Positions 56,529-64,000 of a DNA stretch of 64,000 nt are shown here, piece by piece. The stretch comes from an uncultured Gemmatimonadaceae bacterium. GTDB lineage: Bacteria; Gemmatimonadota; Gemmatimonadetes; Gemmatimonadales; Gemmatimonadaceae. Each line of letters begins with the position of its first letter. The stretch's first letter is position 1. The notes beneath the pieces are model-generated. The model had not been told where the DNA came from. It searched no databases and worked only from the letters and a program-made list of their open reading frames with translations. The DNA lies in contig CAVXGK010000002.1 of the NCBI GenBank assembly GCA_963761305.1, positions 2,912,001 through 2,976,000 of the forward strand, written 5' to 3'. The position numbers were made by a program, and so were the translations under genes.

Positions 56529-57581
56529 CTAGACCCGAGCCGAAATCACCTCTTCGGCGAAGCGCTCCATTTCCTCCAGCTGCGGGCTGCATTGAAGCAG
56601 CAGCAGGTCGACTCCCGCTTCGGCGAATTGCGCCGTCCGTTCCGCCACCTGGTCTGGCGTACCCACGAGCCCAGCGCGCAGTCCACGATTCGACACCGAG
56701 TAGTCCTGCAGGGTCACCTGCTGCTCGAGCTTCGTGTTGGCGATCCAGTCGCGGTAGTTCCCGTAACCCGGCGACCCGATCGCCACGTTCGTGATCCGCT
56801 CGATCTCCCTCTTGACCTCTGCCTCGGAATCGCGGACGATCGTGTACGCCGCGACGCCGAACTGCATCGGCGCGAGGTCCACGCCAAGCGCCTCGGACGC
56901 CTGCTCCCGGCGCCCGCGCATGTCGGCGATCTTGGGCGCGATCCGCTCCGGCGGATCGCCGTGCATGACGTACGCATCGCACTGGCGCGCGATCAGCGTC
57001 TTCGCCGCGTCGGATTCCCCGCCCGCGTAGATCGTCGGGCGCGGACGGCCCAGCTTCGGCACCGGCTTGGGCTCGAGCACGATGTCGTCGTGATTGTAGA
57101 ACTTGCCGTGGTACGTGAACGCCGGCTCCCGCCACGCGCCGTCCACGACGTCGAGCCACTCACGGGTGCGCGCGTAACGGTCGTCGTGCTCGTCGAACGC
57201 CGCGCCGAATCGGCGCGCTTCGTCCTTCCACCACGCCGAGACGACGTTGAGCGCGAGGCGTCCGCCTGAGATCTGATCGATGTTCGCCGCCTGCTTGGCG
57301 AGAATGGCCGGCGGATGGAACGACGGCCGCACGGCGACCATCAGCTCGAGCCGCTCCGTCACCGCCGCGAGCGCGGCGGCCGTGGACCAGGCATCCAGCG
57401 ACGGCGCGTTGATCCCCTTGATGTCGTTGAGCAACAGCTCGGCGATCAGCGTCAGATCGTAGCCGATCTCCTCGCTGCGCTGCGCCAGACGGCGCACGTA
57501 GTCCCACGACGCGGCCATCCCTTCGTCGTCGACGTTGCGCAGCCACCCGCCGAAGACCGGCAACCAGTAGCCGTATCTCAT
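56529..57581 (-). CDS. LLM-class flavin-dependent monooxygenase (SsuD/SfnG-like)
   Basis: MRYGYWLPVFGGW, LDAWSTAAALAAVT.RLELMVAVRP, DQISGGRLALNVVSAW, IYAGGES and LVGTPDQVAER; ATGA overlap with the ATP-grasp gene. Confidence 0.9.
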   Translation of the reverse strand: MRYGYWLPVFGGWLRNVDDEGMAASWDYVRRLAQRSEEIGYDLTLIAELLLNDIKGINAPSLDAWSTAAALAAVTERLELMVAVRPSFHPPAILAKQAANIDQISGGRLALNVVSAWWKDEARRFGAAFDEHDDRYARTREWLDVVDGAWREPAFTYHGKFYNHDDIVLEPKPVPKLGRPRPTIYAGGESDAAKTLIARQCDAYVMHGDPPERIAPKIADMRGRREQASEALGVDLAPMQFGVAAYTIVRDSEAEVKREIERITNVAIGSPGYGNYRDWIANTKLEQQVTLQDYSVSNRGLRAGLVGTPDQVAERTAQFAEAGVDLLLLQCSPQLEEMERFAEEVISARV

Positions 57582-58585
57582 GGCAAGCTCGCCTGGAACG
57601 TCGAGCGCTCCCGGGTGCGCTCGACGGTGCGGCGCGCCGGCGCGCCGCGCGAGACGAGGTAGTCGACGAGCTTCGCCCACGGATCGAATCCGATCACGTT
57701 CACCGGATCGGCCACGAAGTTGGACAGCGCGTTGACGTCGTAGAAGTAGTGTTTTCCGTCGCGGTCGTCGATCAGGTACTCGATGCCGCCGACGTCGAGT
57801 CCGGCGCGGCGCGAGATCGCCTCGACCTGCGCGATGATCTCCAGCGGCGCGTCGTAGCGTTCGACGCGAAGACCGGTCTTGGGCGCATCGACCGCGCACG
57901 CGCCGCGCACGAGCTCGACCCCGTCGGCAGTCTGGCAGGCATCCGCGGGACAGAGATCGAACGATCCCACCGCCGGGAACACCTTGATCGCATACAGATA
58001 TTTCCCGCCGAGTGTTTCGACGCGCACGATGTGGCCGTCGCGAAGCGGCGCCGATTCCTGCACGAGCGCCACGCCGTCGACTCCCAGCTCCACTTCGCCG
58101 CGCTCGATCGCGCCAGCGAGCGCGGTCTCCGACTCGTACCGCACGATGCCCGCGCCGCTCCCCCCGATGTTCGCCTTCACGAGCACCGGATAGCGCAGAC
58201 CCTTCGCCGCCTTCAACGCCACGGCAGGATTGTTGATCGCCCGTGCGCGCGGAAATGGAAGTCCGAGCTCCTCGAGGAGATCGAGCTGCGACGCCTTGGA
58301 GAGCTCGAACGCGTACACATGCGCGCCGTTCACGACCGGTACGCCGATGCGCTCGAGATGCCTCAGCCAGTGCAGCGTGTGAAACGTGGTCTGGCGATGA
58401 TTGCGGAGATACGCCGACGGGCTCGCCCGATTGAACACGAGCGAGTACGGCACGTCGTCCTCGGACGGATCGAACACGTGCAACGCGGCGTCGACGCGTT
58501 CGTACGGAAGTCCGCGCCGCTCGAGCTCGAGGAAGAGCGGCTTGAACCAGTCGGGATGTTCGTGGAAAACGGCGATCGGTTGCAT
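57578..58585 (-). CDS. ATP-grasp ligase (RimK-like)
   Basis: VFNRASPS, VVNG, SKASQL, YPVLVKANIGGSGAGI, LVQE, GGIEY and YDVNALSNF. Confidence 0.88.
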   Translation of the reverse strand: MQPIAVFHEHPDWFKPLFLELERRGLPYERVDAALHVFDPSEDDVPYSLVFNRASPSAYLRNHRQTTFHTLHWLRHLERIGVPVVNGAHVYAFELSKASQLDLLEELGLPFPRARAINNPAVALKAAKGLRYPVLVKANIGGSGAGIVRYESETALAGAIERGEVELGVDGVALVQESAPLRDGHIVRVETLGGKYLYAIKVFPAVGSFDLCPADACQTADGVELVRGACAVDAPKTGLRVERYDAPLEIIAQVEAISRRAGLDVGGIEYLIDDRDGKHYFYDVNALSNFVADPVNVIGFDPWAKLVDYLVSRGAPARRTVERTRERSTFQASLP

Positions 58586-58662
58586 GGCAGTCCTGAGTGT
58601 GGGTCGCGGGTCGTGCGGTTCGCGGGGTTTTCACTCGGGACCGGCGGCGACTTCAGGAGAAC

Positions 58663-58698
58663 AAAAACGCCCCGATCCCTTGGTGGGGAACCGGAGCG
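58663..58698 (-). terminator. Intrinsic terminator in the 5' leader (attenuator)
   Basis: On the - strand, CGCTCCGGTTCCC-CACCAA-GGGATCGGGGCG then TTTTTGTT; lies between the leader ORF and the ATP-grasp start. Confidence 0.8.
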
Positions 58699-58718
58699 CG
58701 AGTCGCTGCTAAGAAGTG

Positions 58719-58802
58719 CTAGATGCGAACGCCCAGAGCCTCACATGTCGGTTGACACATGGGACACATGCACATACAACACATGGTTTGGGCGCGGCTC
58801 AT
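58719..58802 (-). CDS. Putative Cys/Met-rich leader peptide (27 aa)
   Basis: MSRAQTMCCMCMCPMCQPTCEALGVRI*; 6 Cys (5 of them TGT) and 4 internal Met. Confidence 0.75.
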   Translation of the reverse strand: MSRAQTMCCMCMCPMCQPTCEALGVRI

Positions 58803-58809
58803 GGCACAG

Positions 58810-58837
58810 AAGGTAAGGCTGGGTGGAAGCGCGTCAA
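58810..58837 (-). promoter_or_regulatory. sigma70-like promoter giving a leaderless transcript
   Basis: TTGACG-N16-TACCTT, then 7 nt, then the leader ATG; no SD sequence in between. Confidence 0.6.
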
Positions 58838-58869
58838 GGCTCGTCACACAATCTTGACGAACCCTTTCA

Positions 58870-61350
58870 TCAGAACTTCGATTCGAGGTACAGATCGACA
58901 CGGAACTGCTTTCGCGGATACAGGCCGCGAGCGACGTCGAAACGAAATAGGCCATCGAGGAACGACACGCCCGTGCCGACGCCGCTCATCGGTCGGCCAA
59001 TTTGACTGAGCTGTGTGCGATCGCCGACCCACCCGAGATCGGCGAACAGCGCTGGGCGGATTCCCGCGTCATTCGTGCCGAGCTCGGCCCGCGTCAACCA
59101 AAACGCGTTCCCGCTTTGTGCGGTATCAGGGCTCTGTCCGCGCACCGTCTGCGAACCACCGAGATACCATCGGCGCTGCGGCGGCAGTTCCCCGACCGAT
59201 GCACCCGCTGACGCCGTCAGCGACGCGGCCACGCGACCAAGTCCGTGCGACGCGGTCACGTCGAATGCGGCCCGTCCATACGCGGAATCGCCGGTCCCGA
59301 TCGCGCTCTCGAGACGCAGGCTCGAGAAGATGCGCAGCCCCTGCGGGTCGAGTCCCGACACGTCATCGATGTGGGCCGAGAAACCCAGGTACCCGCCGCG
59401 TTGCGCGACGAGGTTCGCCGGAAAATCGGAGCCGTCGACGGCGAAGTTCGTCTTTACCGCCGCGGTGCGCTCCTGTTCGGCGAACACACGCCACCCGAGC
59501 TGCGCGCCGCCGCCGAACGCGCCGTCGAGCGAACGCGTGAGGTCAACGCCCGACGCGCGATAGTAGAATCCTTCGTCGCGCCCGAACATCAGCGCCGAGA
59601 ACGAGCTTCCGAAGCTGAGCGGATGTCCCCAGTCGCTGGCGCTCACGAGACGGTTGTACGCCGTGAATCGAATCGTCTTCGTGAGGTTCGAACGCGCCAC
59701 CGAGAGCTCCACGTTGGGCTCGAGGTCGGCGAACCCGAGGCGCCCCACCGCCATTCCGCTGTAGCCGCCGCCAAGTTGCTGCTCGACCGACGCGCCGACC
59801 GAGAAGCCTTCGACGCGATTATAGCGCATGAGCGCCGGCCCATACGAGATCGTCGGCGGAGGCAGCATCGACAACCGGAATTGCAGCGGCGCCTGCGCGT
59901 CGAGCGAGAGCGCCTCCGCCTTGAGATCGGCGAGATCCTTGGCGGCGAAGAGCTCTTCGCCGGCGTCATAGATCGACGGCGGCAGATCGGGCGAGTGGGA
60001 GAGCTTCGCCGTGTCGCACGGCACGCGCAGCGCCACCGGCATCGAGACGTCGTAGCGGCGAGTGGTCGTCACGCGCACGTCGGACGTGTCGCACTGCGTC
60101 GAGCGCGGCTCCGCCTTCTTGAGTCCTTGTCGGATCGAGTCGCGCACCGCTCGCGAATGCACGCGGCTGGCCGTGCGCACGGAATCGCGCCACGCGATTC
60201 TCGCTTCTTCACTCAACGAGTCGGGCGGTTGCCCCCGACCCGGTTGAAGATGAATCATCGGCAGCGTGTCGGTGCCGTTCACGCTCGCATACTTGAAGCT
60301 CTCTTCGATCTTCACCGGCACGCGCATGAAGCTGACCTGCGCGTAGGCCTCGGCGAGTCGAAGACGCGGCAACCAGAAACGACCCTCGTGCAGGCTGTAC
60401 TCGACCGCGATCGCGGAGACTTCCGCCTTCATCGGCGTGATGAACGGCTTGACCCACACCGGGACGTCGTCCATCGACTTGGGATCGTCCTCGGTCGCCA
60501 CGGCCCAGATGTCCATCGGGACCGACAACCGGTACGCCGCGCGGACGAGCTGTCCTGAATGCGTATCGAACCACAGCGAGCCGACGCCCAGATTCCATTT
60601 CGGCTGCCGCGGCCGAACGCGCAGCTCGCGCAGCTGAATGACTTTTCCGTCCGGCAGCTTGAAGCTCACGGAATCGCCGGTCTCGTACGTGTAGTACGCC
60701 TCGGCCCCATCGGCGATCGGATGGACGATCTCGGTTTCGTCGACCTGGGCGCGGGCGATGTCACCGCCGCCGACCCACAACGGCTCGTATCCCGGATAGT
60801 AGGGGATCTCCCCCATCAGGTCGGGATCGTTCGTGTCGTTGTTGATCTCGACGTCAGCCTTGGTTCCCAGCATGGGGGCGGCGTTGCGCGCGCCCTTCAC
60901 GTCGACGTATGCGCCGACGCCTTGGCGCCACCGCACGTGCGTCGCCGCCTCGTGTCGAAACAGAAGCCGGTCGCGGCCGATGCTCCCGAATCCGAAGCCC
61001 ACGGAGATGCGCTCGTACGTCGTCGCGTCGTAGGCAACCAACGCCGAATCCTGTTTGAGGCGCGCGGCGCGTGCGGCTAGCAGCGTTATCTTGGCCGTCG
61101 CGTCCTTGAACGCCGTTGCCTGAAGCTCCGCGGTGACCGCGCGGCGCACGCCCTGGTGCCGCCGCCCACTCGCCGAATCACGCGGCTCGTCGGTCGTGCT
61201 GTCGCGAACGACGGGCGTTCGTCCGCGCCTGGCCTGCTGCGCCGGAGCCGACGCCGGGGTCGGGGGAGCCGGCGGCGTCTTTGGGGGCTGAGCGGGGGGC
61301 GAACCCTGAAAGTTCAGCGCGGCGACAACGCCGAAAACGAGGAGAATCAC
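58870..61350 (-). CDS. Outer-membrane beta-barrel protein (Omp85/TamA/ShlB-like C-terminus)
   Basis: Signal peptide, RYNRVEG, LGGSQTVRG, ALFADLGW and amphipathic strands ending in terminal Phe (LESKF). Confidence 0.75.
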   Translation of the reverse strand: MILLVFGVVAALNFQGSPPAQPPKTPPAPPTPASAPAQQARRGRTPVVRDSTTDEPRDSASGRRHQGVRRAVTAELQATAFKDATAKITLLAARAARLKQDSALVAYDATTYERISVGFGFGSIGRDRLLFRHEAATHVRWRQGVGAYVDVKGARNAAPMLGTKADVEINNDTNDPDLMGEIPYYPGYEPLWVGGGDIARAQVDETEIVHPIADGAEAYYTYETGDSVSFKLPDGKVIQLRELRVRPRQPKWNLGVGSLWFDTHSGQLVRAAYRLSVPMDIWAVATEDDPKSMDDVPVWVKPFITPMKAEVSAIAVEYSLHEGRFWLPRLRLAEAYAQVSFMRVPVKIEESFKYASVNGTDTLPMIHLQPGRGQPPDSLSEEARIAWRDSVRTASRVHSRAVRDSIRQGLKKAEPRSTQCDTSDVRVTTTRRYDVSMPVALRVPCDTAKLSHSPDLPPSIYDAGEELFAAKDLADLKAEALSLDAQAPLQFRLSMLPPPTISYGPALMRYNRVEGFSVGASVEQQLGGGYSGMAVGRLGFADLEPNVELSVARSNLTKTIRFTAYNRLVSASDWGHPLSFGSSFSALMFGRDEGFYYRASGVDLTRSLDGAFGGGAQLGWRVFAEQERTAAVKTNFAVDGSDFPANLVAQRGGYLGFSAHIDDVSGLDPQGLRIFSSLRLESAIGTGDSAYGRAAFDVTASHGLGRVAASLTASAGASVGELPPQRRWYLGGSQTVRGQSPDTAQSGNAFWLTRAELGTNDAGIRPALFADLGWVGDRTQLSQIGRPMSGVGTGVSFLDGLFRFDVARGLYPRKQFRVDLYLESKF

Positions 61351-61431
61351 AGTGCCTCGGGGAACGTGCGGCTCAACGCGATACGGGTGCGGACCAGCCC
61401 AGGTTTCGCCTGCCCCTGCGTGGCGCCGGCC

Positions 61432-61782
61432 TCATGGCCGCCGTCGCGCCGTCTCGGGATCACGGGTCCAGAGTGCGATCAACCCGCGTATCGTGCCGCG
61501 GGTTCTGGACTCGGCGGGGGTTTCGGACGCGCTACGGTACACCTCGATCCCTCGAGCGATCCCGGTGGGAAATCGTCGCTCCCATTCGGGTGGGGACTGG
61601 CGTCCACGTGCAGAAGAACGGCACAGGTCGCCTCGTTCGTGGAGTTGGACGAGCGCCGCGTGTGCACCGGCTGCGGCTCGCCGGCCGCCCGTGGCGAGAC
61701 GGTCACACCAGGGACGCATCGAAGCAGCTCGCTGACGGATGCGGAGCGCCGTTTCTCGACGTCGTCTCGCGTGACGAACAGA
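61432..61782 (-). pseudogene. Truncated, frameshifted TonB-plug-like domain remnant
   Basis: LFVTRDDVEKRRSASVSELLRCVPGVTV...CAVLLHVD...DDFPPGSLEG, a frameshift near 61549, then IEVYRSASETPAE...GLIALWTRDP*. No plausible start. Confidence 0.6.
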
Positions 61783-61803
61783 GGCTGTAGGTTACAGCCC
61801 CGT

Positions 61804-62751
61804 ATGTCCCCCCCAGCGAACCCGTCGTCCGCGCTTTTTGTTCAGGATCTTCACAAGCACTACGGCGACGTGCGTGCGGTGGACGGACTCGACCTGGACG
61901 TCGGCGCCGGTGAATGCTTCGGGCTGCTGGGCCCGAACGGCGCCGGCAAGACGACGACGATCGAGATCTGTGAAGGCCTGCTCACGCCGGATTCGGGCCG
62001 GGTGGAGATCCTCGGCCTTCGCTGGGACCGTGACGAAAACGAGCTGCGTCAACGACTCGGCATTCAACTTCAAGAAACACAGCTCGCCGACAAGCTCACC
62101 GTCGCCGAGGTCGTGCGCCTCTTCCGCAGCTTCTACGATCGCGGGCGAGCCGTGGACGACGTCATCCGGCTCGTGCAGCTCGACGAAAAGCGAGACGGAC
62201 GCGTCGGGAAACTATCGGGCGGTCAGAAGCAGCGACTCGCGCTCGCCTGCGCGATCGTCGGCGATCCCGATCTCCTGTTTCTCGACGAGCCGACGACGGG
62301 CCTCGACCCGCAGTCGCGGCGCCAGCTCTGGGACTTGATCACCGATTTCAAAGCGCGCGGCCGCACGATCATGCTGACTACGCACTACATGGACGAGGCC
62401 GAGATCCTGTGCGACCGCGTGGCGATCGTCGACCATGGCAAGGTGATCGCGCTCGGCACGCCGAGCGATTTGATTCGTTCGCTCGGCGCGGAACACGTCG
62501 TCGACTTCGCGCTCGGCAACGACGGGGCGAGCCTCGATGAACCGACGCTGCGGTCGATCACCGGCGTGCGCGCTGCGCGACCGCGGGCGGGCGGCTACGA
62601 GCTCAACGTCGCGGCCCTCCACCAAACGGTGCCCGCGCTGCTCGGCTTTCTGGCCGAGCGACATCTCGAGCTCGCGCAGCTCACCACGCACTCGGCCACG
62701 CTCGAGGACGTCTTCGTGTCGTTGACCGGCCGCCAACTCCGGGAGGATTGA
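61804..62751 (+). CDS. ABC-2 exporter ATP-binding protein
   Basis: GPNGAGKTT, LSGGQKQR, FLDEPTTGLD and TTHYMDEA. Confidence 0.95.
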   Translation: MSPPANPSSALFVQDLHKHYGDVRAVDGLDLDVGAGECFGLLGPNGAGKTTTIEICEGLLTPDSGRVEILGLRWDRDENELRQRLGIQLQETQLADKLTVAEVVRLFRSFYDRGRAVDDVIRLVQLDEKRDGRVGKLSGGQKQRLALACAIVGDPDLLFLDEPTTGLDPQSRRQLWDLITDFKARGRTIMLTTHYMDEAEILCDRVAIVDHGKVIALGTPSDLIRSLGAEHVVDFALGNDGASLDEPTLRSITGVRAARPRAGGYELNVAALHQTVPALLGFLAERHLELAQLTTHSATLEDVFVSLTGRQLRED

Positions 62752-62753
62752 GC

Positions 62754-63800
62754 ATGGCGGAGCGCGACAACCCTCTCCTGCAGCTCATCACCGTCCGGTT
62801 CAAGGAATACACGCGCGAACCGGAGGCGCTCTTCTGGTCGTTCGGCTTTCCGATCCTGCTGGCGATCGGGCTCGGCATCGCCTTTCGCGCGAAACCGCCC
62901 GACGTCGTTCACGTCGCCGTCGCCGAGGGCACGCCGCAGTCGACGACGCTTACTGCTTCGCTGCGCCGCGATTCGTCGCTGGCGGTCGAAGCGATGTCGC
63001 TCGACAGCGCGCGTCTCGCGCTGCGCAGCGGACGCGTCGCCGTCGTCATCGAACCGACGGGCGATCGCGGCGTCGCATACGAGTACGACGACACGCGTCC
63101 CGACGCGCGGACCGCGCGGCTCATCGTGGACGACGACATCCAGCGCGGCGCGGGACGCGCCGACCTGTTGCCGGCGAGCGAGAAGCACGTCCGCGAAGCT
63201 GGGTCGCGCTACATCGACTTCGTGGTGCCGGGCCTGCTCGGCATGACGATCATGGGCGGCGGCATTTGGGGACTCGGCTTCTCGATCGTGGATCAGCGGC
63301 GGCGCAATCTGCTCAAGCGACTCGTGGCGACGCCGATGTCGCGGGCCCAGTATCTGGCGTCGTATCTGATCTCGCGTCTGGTGCTGCTGGCGATCGAAGG
63401 CATCGTGCTGCTGGGCGCGACGCTCGCGCTGTTCGGTGTGCCGCTGCGCGGCGGACTGGGTCCGGTGGCGGTGATCGTCGTCGTGGCGGCGATGGCGTTC
63501 GGAGGACTTGGACTGTTGATCGCGGCGCGTCCGTCGACGATCGAAGGCGTGTCGGGGCTGATGAATCTCACCATGCTGCCGATGTGGGTGCTCTCCGGCG
63601 TCTTTTTTTCGTCGGAGAATTTTCCGCGTGTCGTGCAGCCGTTCATCAAGGCGCTGCCGCTGACGGCGACCAACGACGCGTTGCGCGCCAGCATGCTGCG
63701 CGGCGCGCCGCTCCACTCGCTGTGGCCCGAGTTCGCCGTCTTGCTCGCATGGATGATCGTTTGCTTCACCATCGCGTTGCGAGTCTTCCGGTGGCGATGA
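62754..63800 (+). CDS. ABC-2 exporter permease
   Basis: REPEALFW.FGFP, RYIDFVVPGLLGM, LKRLVATP and LSGVFFS; multiple TMs. Confidence 0.92.
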   Translation: MAERDNPLLQLITVRFKEYTREPEALFWSFGFPILLAIGLGIAFRAKPPDVVHVAVAEGTPQSTTLTASLRRDSSLAVEAMSLDSARLALRSGRVAVVIEPTGDRGVAYEYDDTRPDARTARLIVDDDIQRGAGRADLLPASEKHVREAGSRYIDFVVPGLLGMTIMGGGIWGLGFSIVDQRRRNLLKRLVATPMSRAQYLASYLISRLVLLAIEGIVLLGATLALFGVPLRGGLGPVAVIVVVAAMAFGGLGLLIAARPSTIEGVSGLMNLTMLPMWVLSGVFFSSENFPRVVQPFIKALPLTATNDALRASMLRGAPLHSLWPEFAVLLAWMIVCFTIALRVFRWR

Positions 63801-64000
63801 CCGGCGACTTGCCGCGCGAGGAGCTGCTCGCCCAGGGACGCGCAGTACTCGACTGGATCGCGAATTACCTCGACACGCCAGAGCGCTATCCGGTGGTGTC
63901 GCGCGCGCGCCCCGGTGAAATTCGCGCTCAACTTCCGAAATCGCCGCCGGCCTCCGGCGAACCGATGGCGGACATCCTGCGCGATTTCGAGACGACGATC
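63797..64000 (+). CDS. Group II PLP-dependent (aromatic amino acid) decarboxylase, N-terminal part
   Basis: Hand translation: MTGDLPREELLAQGRAVLDWIANYLDTPERYPVVSRARPGEIRAQLPKSPPASGEPMADILRDFE; ATGA overlap; runs off the window. Confidence 0.85.
   Translation, partial: MTGDLPREELLAQGRAVLDWIANYLDTPERYPVVSRARPGEIRAQLPKSPPASGEPMADILRDFETTI

Noticed and set aside
58590..58860. SAM or other riboswitch upstream of the sulfur-type operon
   Set aside because: I could not find SAM-I/II/IV core motifs by eye, and the sORF + terminator explains the region better. An Rfam scan would settle it.
58719..58955. 78-aa ORF from the track as the true leader
   Set aside because: It overlaps the 3' end of the OMP gene and spans the predicted promoter; ATG 58802 fits a leaderless start.

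Overview
A 64-kb, very GC-rich bacterial chromosomal segment. Gene content (two ADOP-type duplicated permeases, an acidobacterial-type PadR, a Hanks kinase, many Tat/lipoprotein signals) suggests Gemmatimonadota or a similar soil lineage; this is inference only. I support about 50 CDSs: a Rieske/PQQ/GMC oxidoreductase cluster, lepB, a SWIB protein, sdpR-sdpI-hydrolase, nfo, pruA/ornithine cyclodeaminase/dehydratase, a 17-kb MoxR-vWA-BatA-DUF58-DUF4159-TPR operon, phzF-map, an Fpg/Nei glycosylase, PadR-ADOP, a propeller-GGT fusion, a D-aminoacylase, two ATP-grasp enzymes, an M28 peptidase, a GGDEF protein, an LLM monooxygenase, an outer-membrane barrel and an ABC-2 exporter. I saw no rRNA, tRNA, CRISPR array or transposase. 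The best candidate for an undescribed system is at 58663-58837 (-): a sigma70-like promoter that would start a leaderless 27-codon Cys/Met-rich ORF (MSRAQTMCCMCMCPMCQPTCEALGVRI), then an intrinsic terminator, then an ATP-grasp + LLM monooxygenase operon. This looks like a sulfur-amino-acid-sensing attenuator. Other signals are a degenerate 21-bp-periodic tract, two REP-like long hairpins, two recurring ECF-type promoter motifs, a Tricorn-like/GGT chimera and a frameshifted plug-domain remnant. All family calls come from motif recognition by eye; no database search was run.
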